Part shown: piece by piece, positions 31,655 to 46,521 of the stretch | Layout: each line of letters opens with the position of its first letter | Numbering within the stretch: the stretch's first letter is position 1 | Assembly (NCBI GenBank): GCA_039096225.1 | Contig: JBBPEB010000028.1 | Span: 1 to 64,000, forward strand | DNA: 64,000 bases | Source: Blastocystis sp. Blastoise | Taxonomy: Eukaryota > Protista > Bigyra: Opalinata | Direction of reading: 5' to 3' | Notes under the pieces: generated by a model | What the model was told of the DNA's origin: nothing | What the model saw: only the letters and a program-made list of their open reading frames with translations | Databases searched by the model: none | Made by a program: the position numbers and the translations under genes

Positions 31655-32674
31655 ATTATTATTATATTATTATATATATATATAGGTAGATAAGTATTAT
31701 ATAGTTGATTTCCGTTCCAATTGGGATTATCGTTGGTCCAGTAAATTGAAAGATCTCCTCATTGAGGCTTTCCCGCCACGATTTCGCCCGCAATTCTTTG
31801 ATAAAGATTCTATTAAGGCTGCTTATCCAAGTAATATCTTTTGTGCTAAAGGAATGGTATATATATATATATTCATATAAAATAATAACCAATTGTTTTT
31901 TTTTATTATCTTTATAATTAATATATAATAATAATATATAATAATCAAATATATAATGATAATAATATATAGTCTTTCATTTCTCGTTGGCAGAAGGATA
32001 ACTCCGGTATATATATAGGGAGTTACTTAGCAAGTGAAGTTCTACGTGCAACGTTATATCGACGTATCCATATATCACATGCTGATAAATTTGAAGATGT
32101 AACGGATTCTAAACGTATCTATTATTAATATTATTATTATTATAATTATTATTATTATTATAATTATAATTATAATTATATAGGATTAGATATATTGATA
32201 ATAGTTCGTCGTAACAAACGTATTTTATTAAATTCGAACGAAATACACTCCGCTATCAATCAAACACTCAATGGAAAACATAATATTCGATCGATGTCTC
32301 TTGAGTTATTCACTCCATTTGAACAAATGAAGGTATTTTCTCAAAGTGATATTATTATTGGTCCTCACGGTGCTGGGTTCTCTAATATTATATTTTGTGA
32401 ACCTTATACTGCTATTATCGAATTAATGCCTTTTGGATGGGGTGAAAGATGCTATAAAGAAATGACAGAAAATGTAAATTGCTATTATCGTCGATTTACT
32501 TCGGAAGATAATTCACCTCCCCCAGAATGTATTTCCTTTGGGCCTGAAAGCCGAGAATGCAAATGGTTTGGAATTCGAGATAAAAACTTTAAAATGAAAC
32601 CTGAACCGATTGTAACGGCTGTGGAGCATCTATTGCCTACTGTGGCCAGACTCAAATATGCTCTCTTATTATAA
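30280..32674 (+). CDS. Glycosyltransferase family 61, type II membrane protein, multi-exon
   Basis: N-terminal signal anchor MAIVDKTFFLLLLPVAVYIVAW. C-terminal IVRRNKRILLN, EQMKVFSQSDIIIGPHGAGFSNIIFC and IIELMP (the GT61 HGAG.N motif). Confidence 0.85.
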
Positions 32675-33638
32675 GAGATATATTGATTATATATTATTAT
32701 AATATTTATTATATATTTATTAAATATTTATTATAATATTTATTATATATGTATTACAGTATTTATTATAATATCTATTATAATATCAATTATAAAATAT
32801 AATATATTCATCCTTCTATTCATTCTATATTTTTATTTCTTTATATATATGTATACTATTTACTATAATATACCTACAATATCATCGATTTCCTCTTTCT
32901 TTATGTTCTTTCATGTATATATTTAAATATTCTAGATATATATATTTATATAGACTATTTAAATAGTATTATATATTTGTTATATCGTTTTCTATTTATA
33001 TATCCAATTGCTATTTTTATAATATAAATACATATATATTATATTATTATTATAGGAGACATGCTTTTATTTCCTTTATACATATCATTCTATTTCTATA
33101 TATATATCTATATATATATATATACTTATACTTCAATCTATTATTTAATATCTCTTTCAACCGTTTTATAATACAACATTGTCTCTTTATGTGTGCATAA
33201 CACATGATATTTATTTACATTTATAATATTATTGTTCTTATTACACTACATTTCCAAGAATCATATTTATGTTTCTATGTTTTAATCTATAGATGCATAT
33301 AATATATATTTTTGTTTTTTTTTAAGGAATTGTTACATTGGATTATATATATATTCTCAAGTAACGTTTTAAACGATTTCATGTATTAATACAAAACTAC
33401 AATGTTTCATGACACAATTCATGCTATAAATATGATTTATTATATTAGTATATCAATATGTGTGATAAATGAATGATTTAGAATTATTATACGTGATACA
33501 TATCTATATCAATAACAAAATAAAATAGTAGACAAAACTAGCAGTTAATGAGAGACTATAATAAATTATGATACTCACAAATCATATATATATTGTTAAA
33601 GGCAATTTAAGAGCAATAAAAAATAATAGTTATTTTAT

Positions 33639-34615
33639 TTAATTACAGACAAAAGGAGAGCAATTTCCGCAGTCTTGAATTCTAGTTTTACCGATAGCAT
33701 TTAAATATTCACAATACCATTGAGCATGAATTTGTTTATCATATTCAATATGTCTCTTGGGAACATCTTCATCCCATTTCATGGCTTCAGTGAAATTCCA
33801 ACCTTGGAATTGCATAACATAAGAAGCAGAAACTTCACCAACACGATCGCAACCACATTCACAATGCCAGAAAACAACATAAGGTTTTTCATGAGGAGTA
33901 TCAATAAAAGTACGAATCATAGTAAAATATAAAGGTAAATTATCTTTCATAGCAAATTTTGGTAATTGAAGAGCAATCTTTTTAACATCTTCAGGAGAAT
34001 AATCACGAGGTTGAGTGTGACTACAATTCTCCTATATATAATAGAATTTATAATATATTTTTATACAGTATAAATTATATAGTTTGTTTTATATATTAAA
34101 TAAATAAATAAATGAATAAACATACAACAGGTATACCAGCAAACTTACAACCTTCTTGAATTTCATTAAGGTGTAAACCATGAATAGGCCAATTAATAAG
34201 ACGACCTAAAGTAGGATGAGCTTCAAAGAATGTTCTTTCGAGATCAACATCAGAACGTTCACTAGTTAAAAGAGAAATATCGATAATGTAATAATCTTCA
34301 GGAAGAACGACACCATGTTCAGCAGCAACTTTAGGGAACCATTCACGAATACCTTCGTAAGCATAAGCCTAAATAATATAAATAATATAATACTAACAAG
34401 AATCAAATAATAATAATAAAAAATGAGTTTTATAAAACTACTCTAATAATAAAAAATGAAAAATAAATGCTTACGGTATCATTAAACTTGGGCATACCCA
34501 TTCTAAATAAGTAGTTTCCAGCAGGAGTAGCTTCAAGGAAACGAATATGAGTATGATCAAAAGTGTCAGCTAAGCAAAGAGCGAGGAGAGCTAAGAAAAC
34601 AAAACAACTCTTCAT
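33639..34615 (-). CDS. Secreted or lysosomal cysteine-based (PTP/DSP superfamily) phosphatase, three exons
   Basis: Signal peptide MKSCFVFLALLALCLA, NYLFR, IIDISFL, and the P-loop VVFWHCECGCDRVGEVSASY (HCX5R). Confidence 0.8.
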
Positions 34616-35314
34616 TTTCTAAACAAACTACAAAGCAAGCAAAAAAACAAAGAAAATCTGAATAAGTTGAAGAAAACAAAAATACACAAAAAAAAATATA
34701 TCAGATGAAATGACACCATTGCGTCATCGTCTTTCTTTATAAAAATGGATTATTGGTATATAATTGGTCGAAGTAATCATAATAACCATGAATTCAATAA
34801 AAAATAAAGAGAATAAACTAAAATATTCATGAATCGGTTTAGGATGAATGACGATTTAATAATCATTAGAAATAGAGAAGAATGATTAGCTAATAATTTT
34901 GAGATACTCAGAAAATAGGGAAACTGAGATAAAAAAGAAATCTCAACATTGTTTTTGAATCTGGTTTTTGTTTTTATATTGATGTGTTTCCTGACATGGA
35001 TATAATTATATATTCTCATAGAAGATTCATTTTTTAAATAAAAGAGTCTAGGAGATTCTTTGATAAATTAATTCATGCATTTTTTTTGTGGTTTTTGCTT
35101 TTTTAATTATTATTAATCTTCATAAACTAATAATTATTGTGAATAAAAAAAATTGGGCTGCTTGCTTTACATGCCATCAAAGATATCTTTTGAAAATATA
35201 CTTGAAAATAACATTAACAAACAATTGATAAGACGAAATACATACATATATATATAATAAATAGAATAAAAACAAATAAATGTCATAAAATATTATGAAA
35301 TGCAACAGGAGAGT

Positions 35315-36895
35315 TTACTTGTCATCGGTCATTACAATAATTTCATCAATATCCAAACCTTTTCTAGTTCTAACTTCATCAACAATCTTTCTTGAACGAT
35401 TCTTAGTATTAATCTAAAGAAATAAAATCATTAAATTAGTTATTTGAATAAAAATAAAGGTTATGAAAAAAAAAATATATATATGAATAAAAGATAATCT
35501 AAAGAAATAAAGATCATTAAATATTTATTTGAGTATATAAATATAGGTTATGAAAAACTATATAAAATACCATATCTCCCCATTCTTCGATTTCTTCCTT
35601 TGTCGTAGGTTTATAATAAGGGTTTTCTTCACAAATAGACCATGAGTCAAAGAATAATTGAGGATGATTCACCGCTCCTGAAGTTTCTCTTCTTAAATCA
35701 TCAGCAATACCTATCGACTCAATCTCTGGAATCAAACAAGTTATAGTGAAAATGTCAGTACCTACAGAAATAAAGAATCTTTAGTTATAGTACTGTAATG
35801 GTAATTATTATAGAATTATTCTTTATTATAAAATAATCATTCTTTATTATGAAATAATTCTTTATTATTCATCGCTATTGATTGTTATTCAATAATTTTT
35901 AATAATGTTATAATAAATATATATAAATAATAATAATAATCACTATATATATATATATATACCTTCCCATATATCTTCATCGATAACTTTTCCCTTTCTC
36001 TTTCCAATAACAGTATATAATTTACCAAGTTGATTTGTATTACACTTTATATATATATATATGTAAAAAAAAAGAAATAAATGATACATATTAAAAACAA
36101 TTATATATATATATATATATATATACCTGTAAAATACATTTATATAGAGGTTCTACAATTCTCATAGGACCTCGACGACATACATTTCTGAATATATTCT
36201 TAAAAGAAATCAGCATAAGTCCAAGAGGACAACGACGGAATAATCGCGATAATACATATTTCTTTATAGATACAGCTGAAAGTTGCTGAATACTCAATTC
36301 AATCATTTCATCTGTTTCAAGAATTTTAAAATTCGAATTTTCTTCTTCTTCATCATCATCTTCATTGTTATTCTTTCCTTTTTTCATATTATTAGTATCT
36401 TTCTTCTGTCCATTCTCATCGTAAAGTGCATTATATATATCTGTATACTTATTAATATATTCCTTAGATATATATATATCATTGATAATATAAAGTACAC
36501 CCCATTCCGGTTCATCTACTAAGGGACCTATAGAATTAGGAGAATAGGTAATAGAATTAGGAGAATAATAATAGAATAAATAGGTATTATAATAATAGAA
36601 TAAGTAGAATAGGTTATAGAATAAGTAGAATAATAATAGAATAGTAATAATAAAATAGTAATAATAGAATAATAATAATTGAATAGTAATAATAAAATAC
36701 CATTTTCAACAGCTGTTTTCCATCCATAAGTAATGGCTTTGTCATATGTGGATAATAATAGATTTCTTACTTCTCTTGAAGATAACGTTTCATGAATAGT
36801 CTCATCACCATCATCTTCTTCTTCCTCCTCCTCCTCTTCAATATCATCATCATCCTCTTCTTCATCCTCCTCCTCCTCCTCCTCCTCTTCATCAT

Positions 36896-36937
<42 letters not shown>

Positions 36938-39226
36938 GCTCCTTCTCCTCATCACTATGATTATCTTCTAAGAGTATTTCAACTGGACTTAAAGAACTGT
37001 CTTCTTTAATTCTTTCTAATTCCCCGTGATTATCTTCCTCTTCACTTTCTTCTTCTTTCAGTGGTAAAGGAGTATCAATAATGTTCTTATCCCCGTGATT
37101 ATCATCATTTATATGATCATAAGGCTCACATTTACGGTCAATATATCGATTTATATACATATTCCATTGATCCGTAAATGTAAACACATAATCAGAATCC
37201 TTTATATTATTCACTAATATACAATTACCCAAATTCTGAGGACCAAACGCAATAATCCTGGGAATATAAGGCACTAAATAATCATAAGAACGGAACTCTT
37301 TTAATATCATCTTCAATATATTATATATTTCACTTGTTGGCTTTTTATTTTCAGTTATATATGTATATATTTCATCATATTGCTTTTGATATTGATTAAT
37401 AAGATTACATAAAGTAGCAGGTAACGAAAGGAGACTTGTCTATATATATAGTAATATATATATATATATATAGTAATATATATAATCCATACTATTCTTT
37501 ATATATATATATAGAACATACCTTAAAATATATATTCTTATTATATATATATGTAGGGAGCTTCCCCTCTGTTGTGGGGGTCAGAACTGTCTCCTTTAAC
37601 TCTATAAGGGGAGGTGACATCTATATATAATATATAATATATAATATATAATATATAATATATAATATATAATCAACATTAGAGAGTATATAATATAATA
37701 ATATAAATATAAATATATCTATATGTACTTGAATATCAATTCCAGAAAGTTCTTTTAGATTATATAGGCACGTGCTCAAATGTAACTCACCCAATCCGTA
37801 TAATATATACTCACCAGTTTTTTCTTTTTGAATATCTATGCTCAAATCAGTTTCTTTAAGTAAATGAATTCCCTTCAGAAATGCGTCCATTTCCGCGGGA
37901 TTTTTGGGTTCAATAGCGACTTTAACAATCGGATCACATTGAAACTTCATATTTGTAAGAGGCATACATAAATAATCAGTACATAAAGTACCATATTTAT
38001 GAATATATCCATCAAGACCACTAATAGCAACAATATTTCCCGCGGGGGAAGACGTTATAGGAACCAATTCTCGACCCATAGGAAGATAAAGTTGAATCGG
38101 AGACTCAATCTTTTGATAGCCAGTTGGATTCTCTACAAGTGGATTGTATTGATTAGGGATACTATATAAGTCCATTCCCGTGGTTATAACTCCAGAATAA
38201 ACACGAGCCAAATAAATACAAATATCATCATTTCGATCTCCTTCATATTGTTGGATATCTTGTCCCTTTACGTGATATACTTTACCAATATACAGTAAAC
38301 AAGGAGATGCTATAAATAATCGCGGGAATAGACAGAAATAAAATGAGAATAGTATATAATTCTATATATAATAATTAATTATATTAATATACTATTTTCA
38401 TTATTGCACGTGATAAACTGGGAATACAAATAAATGAGTCGTTGTGGAAGTGACTGCGCAAATGAGAATGAATTCTTATTGGTCAAAAGAGTATGCTCGT
38501 CATCAGCAGATGGTACCGGGGTTGAAGTTGGCGGTAAAATAGTAATTTTATTAAGAATATCATCAGGTAATACATATTTATATTTATATTGTTGCGATTC
38601 CCGCGGGGATGGACATTTATGAACAAGCATACCAAGAGTTGCTTTATAGAGAGGAAACCATTGACTCATAATAGCCTTTATAAGGACATCAGATTCAGAG
38701 ACTTGAACAACTTTTCGTGTAACCTTAATTCCAAGAATATCAAGCATTCCCATGATTTTATCGACATTTCTAGTTTCAGCATAGCATTGTTTATATAGCA
38801 TATAAATAGGTTTTAATATATTTTGAACAAATATATTTGAATGAGAAGTATTATTAGAGAGAGGAACGAATTGTTGTTTCTTTGTGCTATAGCCATAATT
38901 ACCCCATAAATAGGGGGTATATAAAGATTCTATAGAGATAGACGATGCAGAATCGAGATTTCCCGCGGGGATAGACAGATCTAATGGAAGTGACTTTTCA
39001 AGATAAGGAACAAATTGAGATAAAGAAAAACACCATCCTATATATATATATATAACTAATGAATACTAGAATAGAATAGAAATAGAATAATATAATGACT
39101 AGAATATTGTAATAATTAAAGTAATAATATTATATAAATATACCTTGATAAGCAGAGGCAAACAGAACATTTCCTTTTTCCGGTGAGAACATATAATTCA
39201 TTTCTTCCGTCTCATCAATATCAATA

Positions 39227-39279
<53 letters not shown>

Positions 39280-40065
39280 CTCAGTAGATATAAGTAGAAT
39301 CATATGTTGACGAAGAAGAAAAAAAATTATAATTATGAAAAAAAAATATAATAATAAATATATAATAATAAACATATATAATAAACATATATACATTATC
39401 TTTACTATGTTTCATTAAATAAGCTTTATATATAGAACTTTGAGCAGCATTAAGTTGACCTATTAAATTTGATAAATGTGTATATCTATATATATATATA
39501 TATATAAAACATATATATGTATATACATATCATCTGGGCTTTGTTTTAGTTCTAAGAAGAGACGATCAATTTTATTTAATATAACAATACACTGAACACC
39601 TTCATCCCATGCTTGCTGAAGTACAGCGATAGTTCGTGTACAAACACCTTCAATAACATCAACTATCAAGAATGCAGCATCACATAATCGGACAGCTGCA
39701 GCAACATCACTTGAAAAATCAATATGTCCAGGAGAATCAATCAGATTTATAATATAAGGTTTCTTTTTGGTTTCCTCTTTCTTTTCTCCATCATGATTAA
39801 TTACTACTTGACAATCAACATCTTCATAGAATAATGTTATTGAGCTTGACTTCATAGTGATTCCACGCTCTTGTTCTTGTTCTAGACTATCCATATAACG
39901 TATTTGACCTGCAAGACGATTTGAAATGATACCATTAGAGGATATCAATCCATCGGCTAATGTTGTCTTTCCATGATCAACATGGGCTAGAATACAAATG
40001 TTCCTGATATTATCAGGATTCATTTGAATCTTCTGAATAACTTGTAGTGGAACATAACGAGACAT
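35315..40065 (-). CDS. EFL1: Elongation factor-like GTPase 1 (EFL1/Ria1), multi-exon, with an acidic insert
   Basis: [98 protein letters not shown]. Confidence 0.93.
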
Positions 40066-40166
40066 TTCTCACTTGTCTTTATCAAAAATAAAAAAAATTC
40101 AAAACACAAAAAACCAGAAATTTTCTACACAAAAAAGAATCAGTTTTCTGTTTTTCAATAAGGACA

Positions 40167-40304
40167 GCGTTCGCCACGAAAACTCTACTGGGATACAAAA
40201 CTCCCAGAAGAGTCATTTTTAAGTGTACATCTAGCGGCTGGAGGCGTAGGATAAAAACCTTCTGGGGTAGAGTTTTCGTCATGGGTAGCCTTATGGCGAA
40301 CCCC
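40167..40304. repeat. GC-rich fold-back (MITE-like or structured) element in the EFL1/ATP13A1 divergent promoter
   Basis: GTTCGCCA/TGGCGAAC, ACGAAAACTCTAC/GTAGAGTTTTCGT and CCCAGAAG/CTTCTGGG are nested inverted repeats. Confidence 0.7.
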
Positions 40305-40472
40305 GGTATATAAAAGAATTCATTAGAATACTTATTCCCCAGAAATAACTCTAAAGAAACTATTCAAGAAAAGGAATTCTATATAGAAATTGAACTTCTA
40401 AATTCATTATTCTACATAATTCTTTGGAAATATTCTTATTTTTTGTCATTAGTTATATTTGTCAAAGATAAT

Positions 40473-42775
40473 ATGGTGTATAGTTCGCACCCGTCTATAA
40501 AACAGTTGACACTGTTAAAGAAGATCGATCCTTTACATGCCAAAAATGGTCTTCGAATTCTTCCTCTTTATCTTGTTCCTATGTTCCTCTATCTCTGTGT
40601 TGATGATCTCGCTGGATACATTGCATTTGGATTCTTGCTTTTCTTTCATGCAATGAGTTTTTGTTTCTCTCTTTGGTTTGTGAAAGTGAACTCCTTTATC
40701 AACTATATTCCTGTATTTCATTTAAACAAGAATTAAATAAATGGCTTTTATTATTTATTATTGATATATATAGGTCAAAGAATTGAGTGATGCACAGTTC
40801 ATTCTCGTTGAAACAAATCCTAATTGTGGATCTAATGAAATTGTCCCTCTTGAAAGAGGAAATGTATGAATATGACACTATTTATATATTTTAAAAATAA
40901 TAATTATAGATTGCTCGAAATTTAGAGTGTAAAGGAGATCTTGGAATATATACTGTTCCTGAATATTTCTTTAAATTTCAGTGTTTATTATTTGTTACTG
41001 TTGCTACAAATAATGGTGTTTATTCCTTTGAGCGTATTGAATTTCCTGAGAAGTTACCTTTGCGTAAGTATATGAGTAATAAAGGTTTGAATTTTAAAAG
41101 TTATGATTTATCGAAAACAAAATATGGCTTTAATTCTATTGATATTCCTGTACCTAAATATTGGGACTTGATAGTTCAACACATTACAGCTCCATTCTTC
41201 TTATTTCAAGTATATATATAATAGTATTTTATGATTTTTATGATTATGTTCTTTCTTATATTATTTTATTATTTTTTATATTATTTTATTATATTATATC
41301 TTATTCTCTTTATTATATTATTTTCTTATGTTATTTTCTTATATTCTATATGTATATAATGTTACTATTATATATATACATATAATATATATATAGGTAT
41401 TTTCCGTATTGTTATGGTCACTGGATGATTCCTTCGTCTATTCCTTATTTACTTTATTTATGTTATATTTCATGGAGAGTCAACTGGTCAACCAACGAAT
41501 TACTTCAGTGAAACAACTTCGTGAAATGAGAACTAAACCTGCTTCTATATTTGTACTTAGAGATGTATATATATATATAATGATATTAGTATCAATGATT
41601 ATTATTTACCTAATTAAAGGAATATATTATGATTATTATATATATAATGATATAGTATCAGTGATTATTAGTTTCCTTATAAAGGAGTATATAATAATAA
41701 TACTAATTATATATATATAGAATCAATGGAGATGTATAAATAGTGAATACCTTGTTCCTGGAGACCTTGTCAGCATCAGCTCGAAACCATTAGATAGAAA
41801 AACAGAGTATATATATATTATAATAATAATTATTATAAACATTATAATAATAAATATTATAATATATAAACAAACATAATAATACTTATTATAGAGATTC
41901 AATTTCTCCTTGTGATATCTTGTTATTGGAAGGCACGTGCGTCGTTAATGAAGCCGTTTTAACAGGTGAGTCCGTCCCTCATTCAAAGCAAGGATTATTA
42001 ACAACATATAACGAAGAGATGTCAAATGAATTATTAGGTATTGATATAGATAATGATAAACATAAGAGAAATATGATCTTTGGAGGTACTAAGATTATTA
42101 CACATCAAATTGACCCATTCAGAGAATCGCGGGGATTATTGAAAAGTATTCCTAAAGCTCCTAATGATGGCTGTTTTGGATATGTTGTAAGAACTGGTAT
42201 ATATATATATATAACTTATATCTATTAATATTCTATATATATATATATATAATATCTATTTCCCGCTGAATCTAGGTTATTATACTTCTCAGGGAGATAT
42301 GATGCGCCAAATGCTTTATAGTAACGATAAGATGTCTGCAAACAACAAGGAATCTTTCTATTTCATTCTTTGTCTTCTTATATTCGCTGTAATCGCGGGA
42401 ATTTACGTTCTTCGCCATGGATATAATGATCCTCGTCGTAATCGTTATAAGTTGGTTCTTCATTGTATTATGATTATTACTAATGTTGTTCCTCCTGAAT
42501 TACCCCTCGAATTATCCTTTGCTGTTAATACTTCTCTTATTCAATTGGTCAAATTAGGCGTTTATTGTACGGAACCCTTCAGAATACCCTTTGCAGGAAA
42601 GATTAAAGTATATATATATATATGTATTTGTTACTCTCTATAATACTTGTTTATTCATTTATTTATGTAATAATATATATATATATATATTATTTATTAT
42701 ATATATTCTATAGACTCTTTTCTTCGATAAAACTGGAACACTCACGAGTGACCGTCTGAAAATGAAAGGAGTTCT

Positions 42776-42823
<48 letters not shown>

Positions 42824-44800
42824 TAATGCTCCTACTCCATCTGGTGATACTCTGATTCCCGTGGAAAAAGAAGAAGATCCAAATGGTGGATATCTTTATA
42901 CAAATCAGCAATATCCTCCACTCATTAGCACGTGCTTAGCCACATGTCATGAACTGGCCAATGTCAATGGAGAATTATTAGGAAATTTAATGGAAATTGT
43001 GATGGTCAACGAAAGTGGATATACATATACAAATAATAATATGGCTACTCCTCCTAAATATTTGAAGAATAACCGCGAATATATGAATTCTAGAGTTTTA
43101 TTCCGTTATCCGTTTGAATCCGTTATGAAACGCATGTCTGTTGTTATAAGCAACGACTCTCAAAGAAATATATATAGGTATATATATATAACTTATAGTA
43201 TCTTATATATATATTATTTATAGTATCTTATATATATTATTTATATTATTATATATATATATATAGAGTCTTTACAAAAGGTGCTCCTGAAGTGATTCGC
43301 GGGCTTTTATCTAGTCTCCCGTCAAATTATGATCATATATATCGTGAGCACATGCTTCGTGGAGAACGAATTCTTGCTCTTGCGACAAAAGAAATTCCTT
43401 CCGTTTCTATGAATGAAGTATATATATATATATATATTTTGTTATTTATTTTTATATTTATTTATTTTTATATTTATGTTTATATTTATATATATCTATA
43501 TTTATGTTTATATTTCTAAGTATTTATATTTATTTTTCTATATATTTATATTTCTATATATTTATATTTATATTTATGTAGCTTCAAAGAATATCACGTG
43601 CTTCTATCGAGTCATCTCTTGAATTTATTGGTTTTATGGTTCTCACGTGCCCTCTCAAACCTACAACACGTGCTACAATTGAAACATTAACTGATTGTGA
43701 TTTACAACCTAAAATAATCACGGGAGATAATGCATATACTGCCTGTGAAGTTGCTAAGAATTGTGGAATTATTTCTAAAGAAAAGAATATTTGTATACTG
43801 GATTTAATTGATAAGTATTCTATATATATATATTGTATTCTATGATTCTATAAATATATTGTATTCTATGATTCTCTATATATATATATATTATATATTA
43901 TTTATTCTAGTCGTCTTCAATGGGAATATATTCGCGGGGATTCCATTACATATGTGCCTGTGGATTATAACGCTTCTGTCCTTCAAGAAATGAAAGAACA
44001 ATATACACTTTGTATTGCTGGTATATATATACATATATATTATATATAGGTATATATTATATTATTTCCAATCCCTAGGAACGTCTCTCCTCTCCTCCCC
44101 AGAAAGTCTCGCCTTCTTGGCGCCCTATGTAACGATATTTTCCCGAATGTCCCCTCAACAAAAAGGACTCGTTGTCGCTGCCTATAAAGATCAAGGTGTA
44201 TATACATTAATGTGCGGTGATGGTACGAATGATGTCGCTGCGTTAAAACAAGCTCATGTTGGTGTAAGTATAATGAATAATGTTAGCCTTGAAGATCATA
44301 TAATGGAATTAGAGGAAACTGAAACACAATTAAAGAAGCATATTCAATCCAACGAAGAACAAACACCCTTATTAAATAATTCTGATGTTGTTCCTCCATA
44401 TGCTATTCAGGTGACTCCTAACCAACGATCTACTGCTGATTATAATAGTATTCCAAGTGCGTCACGTGCTGATGATGCTATTAGTGATTATCAGAGAAAA
44501 TTAGATCAATTACGTGCTGAATTAGAAGATGAAACTGGAATGATGAAATTGGGTGACGCATCCATCGCCTCTCCATTCACGTGCAAGAGTACGGGAATTG
44601 ATTCTGTATTAGAGATTCTTCGTTGGGGTCGTTGTACTTTGGTTTCAACTTTACAAATATATATGATATTAGCATTGAATAGCTTAGTATCTGCATATAT
44701 GTTATCAGTTTTATATTTATATGGCGTTAAAACAGGTGATTTCCAAATGACTATTTCTGGTATATTAATATCAGCCATGTTTTTCTTTATATCTATGGCC

Positions 44801-44852
<52 letters not shown>

Positions 44853-45406
44853 AATATTATCATCTATATAGCCTTTGGAGAAGATATCACGTGAACATCC
44901 CCCTCGATCCCTCTTCAATCCACATGCTGTTCTTTCTATAGCTCTTCAATTCCTTATACATTTCTATCTTATGTATTATCTGAAAGAAATGGTCTTACAA
45001 TATATTGATCTTACATCGGATGATTTCTTGCCTGATTCTGCCTTCCATCCTAATCTACTGAATACAGTTATGTATATATTATCTACTTATATTCAAATGG
45101 TCATCTTCCTTGTCAATTACAGAGGACATCCATTTATGCAATCTATTAAAGAGAATAAATATATCTTCTATTCGCTTATTGTAGGATTCATATTTACATT
45201 CACTATTTCTCTTGAAATTATTCCTGGATTTAATTCGTATTTAGATCTCGTTCAATTACCCAACTCACAAGTATATTCTATACATATATATATATATAAT
45301 TTTATTTATTCTATAGTTTAAACAAACTTTGAATATATATATGGTTTATGATCTTCTTCTATCTCTCGTCGTAGATAGAATTCTTCGTTATTTATTTAAA
45401 AATTAA
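40473..45406 (+). CDS. ATP13A1: P5A-type ATPase (ATP13A1/Spf1), multi-exon
   Basis: [25 protein letters not shown] (P5A signature), [67 protein letters not shown]. Confidence 0.96.
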
Positions 45407-45616
45407 TTATTATATTGATATTAAATTAACATTATATTATGACTTTTGTTTATTTAAACATTTTTATTGTTCTATAGCTCAATAAACTTTACAAAAAAAT
45501 ATCCCTAATATATTCTTATTAAATAACAAAACAAAACAAAAAACACAACAGCAGTTAACACTTTGAATACAACACACCTTTATGTAGAATCAGTATCCAT
45601 CTAAACAATAAAAAAA

Positions 45617-45754
45617 AAATGTATCATTAAATATGAATTCAATTATTTATGAAGAAATAAACAAATAAAAAATATTTAATATGACATAAATTCATCTATG
45701 CTTTCTTTGACACCCCGTTATTTAACAAAGTAAAGACAGGCAACACTGAAAGCA
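45617..45754 (-). ncRNA. H/ACA snoRNA, putative snR35/SNORA13 counterpart (SSU rRNA hypermodified pseudouridine site)
   Basis: Two hairpins, H box AGATGA (45692-45697), ACA at 45620-45622 followed by TTT. The 5' pocket GTGTT/GTCAAA is complementary to conserved SSU UUUGAC-UC-AACAC, 14 nt from the H box. Confidence 0.8.
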
Positions 45755-45808
45755 GACAAACAAACAAATATATATATATATCAATAAGAATATATACAAT
45801 TCTTTATG

Positions 45809-45889
45809 TTTCACATTCAGCTGTATCATTTCCTGTTTCATAGAATATCCGGGATATCTTGGATCCAAATAATGCAATCATATATGAAA
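45809..45889 (-). ncRNA. Candidate C/D box snoRNA
   Basis: Terminal stem TTTCATAT/ATGTGAAA, imperfect C box ATGATTG, D box CTGA. Lies between H/ACA RNAs. No target recognised. Confidence 0.35.
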
Positions 45890-45936
45890 AAACTATATAT
45901 AAATATAAAAATAGTATTTATATAAAATAAATAATG

Positions 45937-46068
45937 AAATGTGTCTGAGGACAGGTATGCAACATAAATTAGGGTCATGCAGCATGTTTAAATTCAGTTA
46001 CATTATCTAGCTGATGCTTGACTCCAACAATTCACAGAATGGAATTCCTGGAAACGCCTGCAAAAGCA
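45937..46068 (-). ncRNA. Double-guide H/ACA snoRNA, copy 1 (LSU rRNA targets; 3' pocket matches the yeast snR42 site)
   Basis: H box AGATAA (46003-46008), ACA at 45940-45942. The 3' pocket AAAC/ACCTGTC fits LSU GACAGGU-UA-GUUU. The 5' pocket AGGCGTT/GTCA fits LSU UGAC-UG-AACGCCU. Both are 14 nt from their box. Confidence 0.85.
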
Positions 46069-46223
46069 GAAACCATCCAAACACATAAGACAAATATGAA
46101 TATAAATATATACGCTTATCATTTCTTTTATTCCATACGACCAATATTTTTATTGCTTATAGCAAATCGAATAAACTATATATAAATATAAAAATAGTAT
46201 TTATATAAAAATTTAAAATAATG

Positions 46224-46355
46224 AAATGTGTCTAAGGACAGGTATGCAACATAAATTAGGGTCATGCAGCATGTTTAAATTTAGTTAAATTATCTAGCTG
46301 ATGCTTGACTCCAACAATTCACAGAATGGAATTCCTGGAAACGCCTGCAAAAGCA
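46224..46355 (-). ncRNA. Double-guide H/ACA snoRNA, copy 2 (tandem duplicate)
   Basis: Near-identical to 45937-46068. The lower stem CTGA/TCAG becomes CTAA/TTAG, a compensatory change. Confidence 0.85.
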
Positions 46356-46521
46356 TGGTTAAACATGATATATATCCCCATATAATAGTGATCATTATCA
46401 TAATCGTTAATGAATAAAAAATATACTCATAGATTCTAATGATATACTTTGATAAGTAACAATTCTTTATGTGTTAAAGGTGCAAAGGAATATCTGTACC
46501 TAGAATACAAGATTTTATAAA

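Noticed and set aside
45884-46355. CRISPR-like or satellite repeat
   Set aside because: There are only two long copies, in a eukaryotic context, and they are fully explained by a duplicated H/ACA snoRNA.
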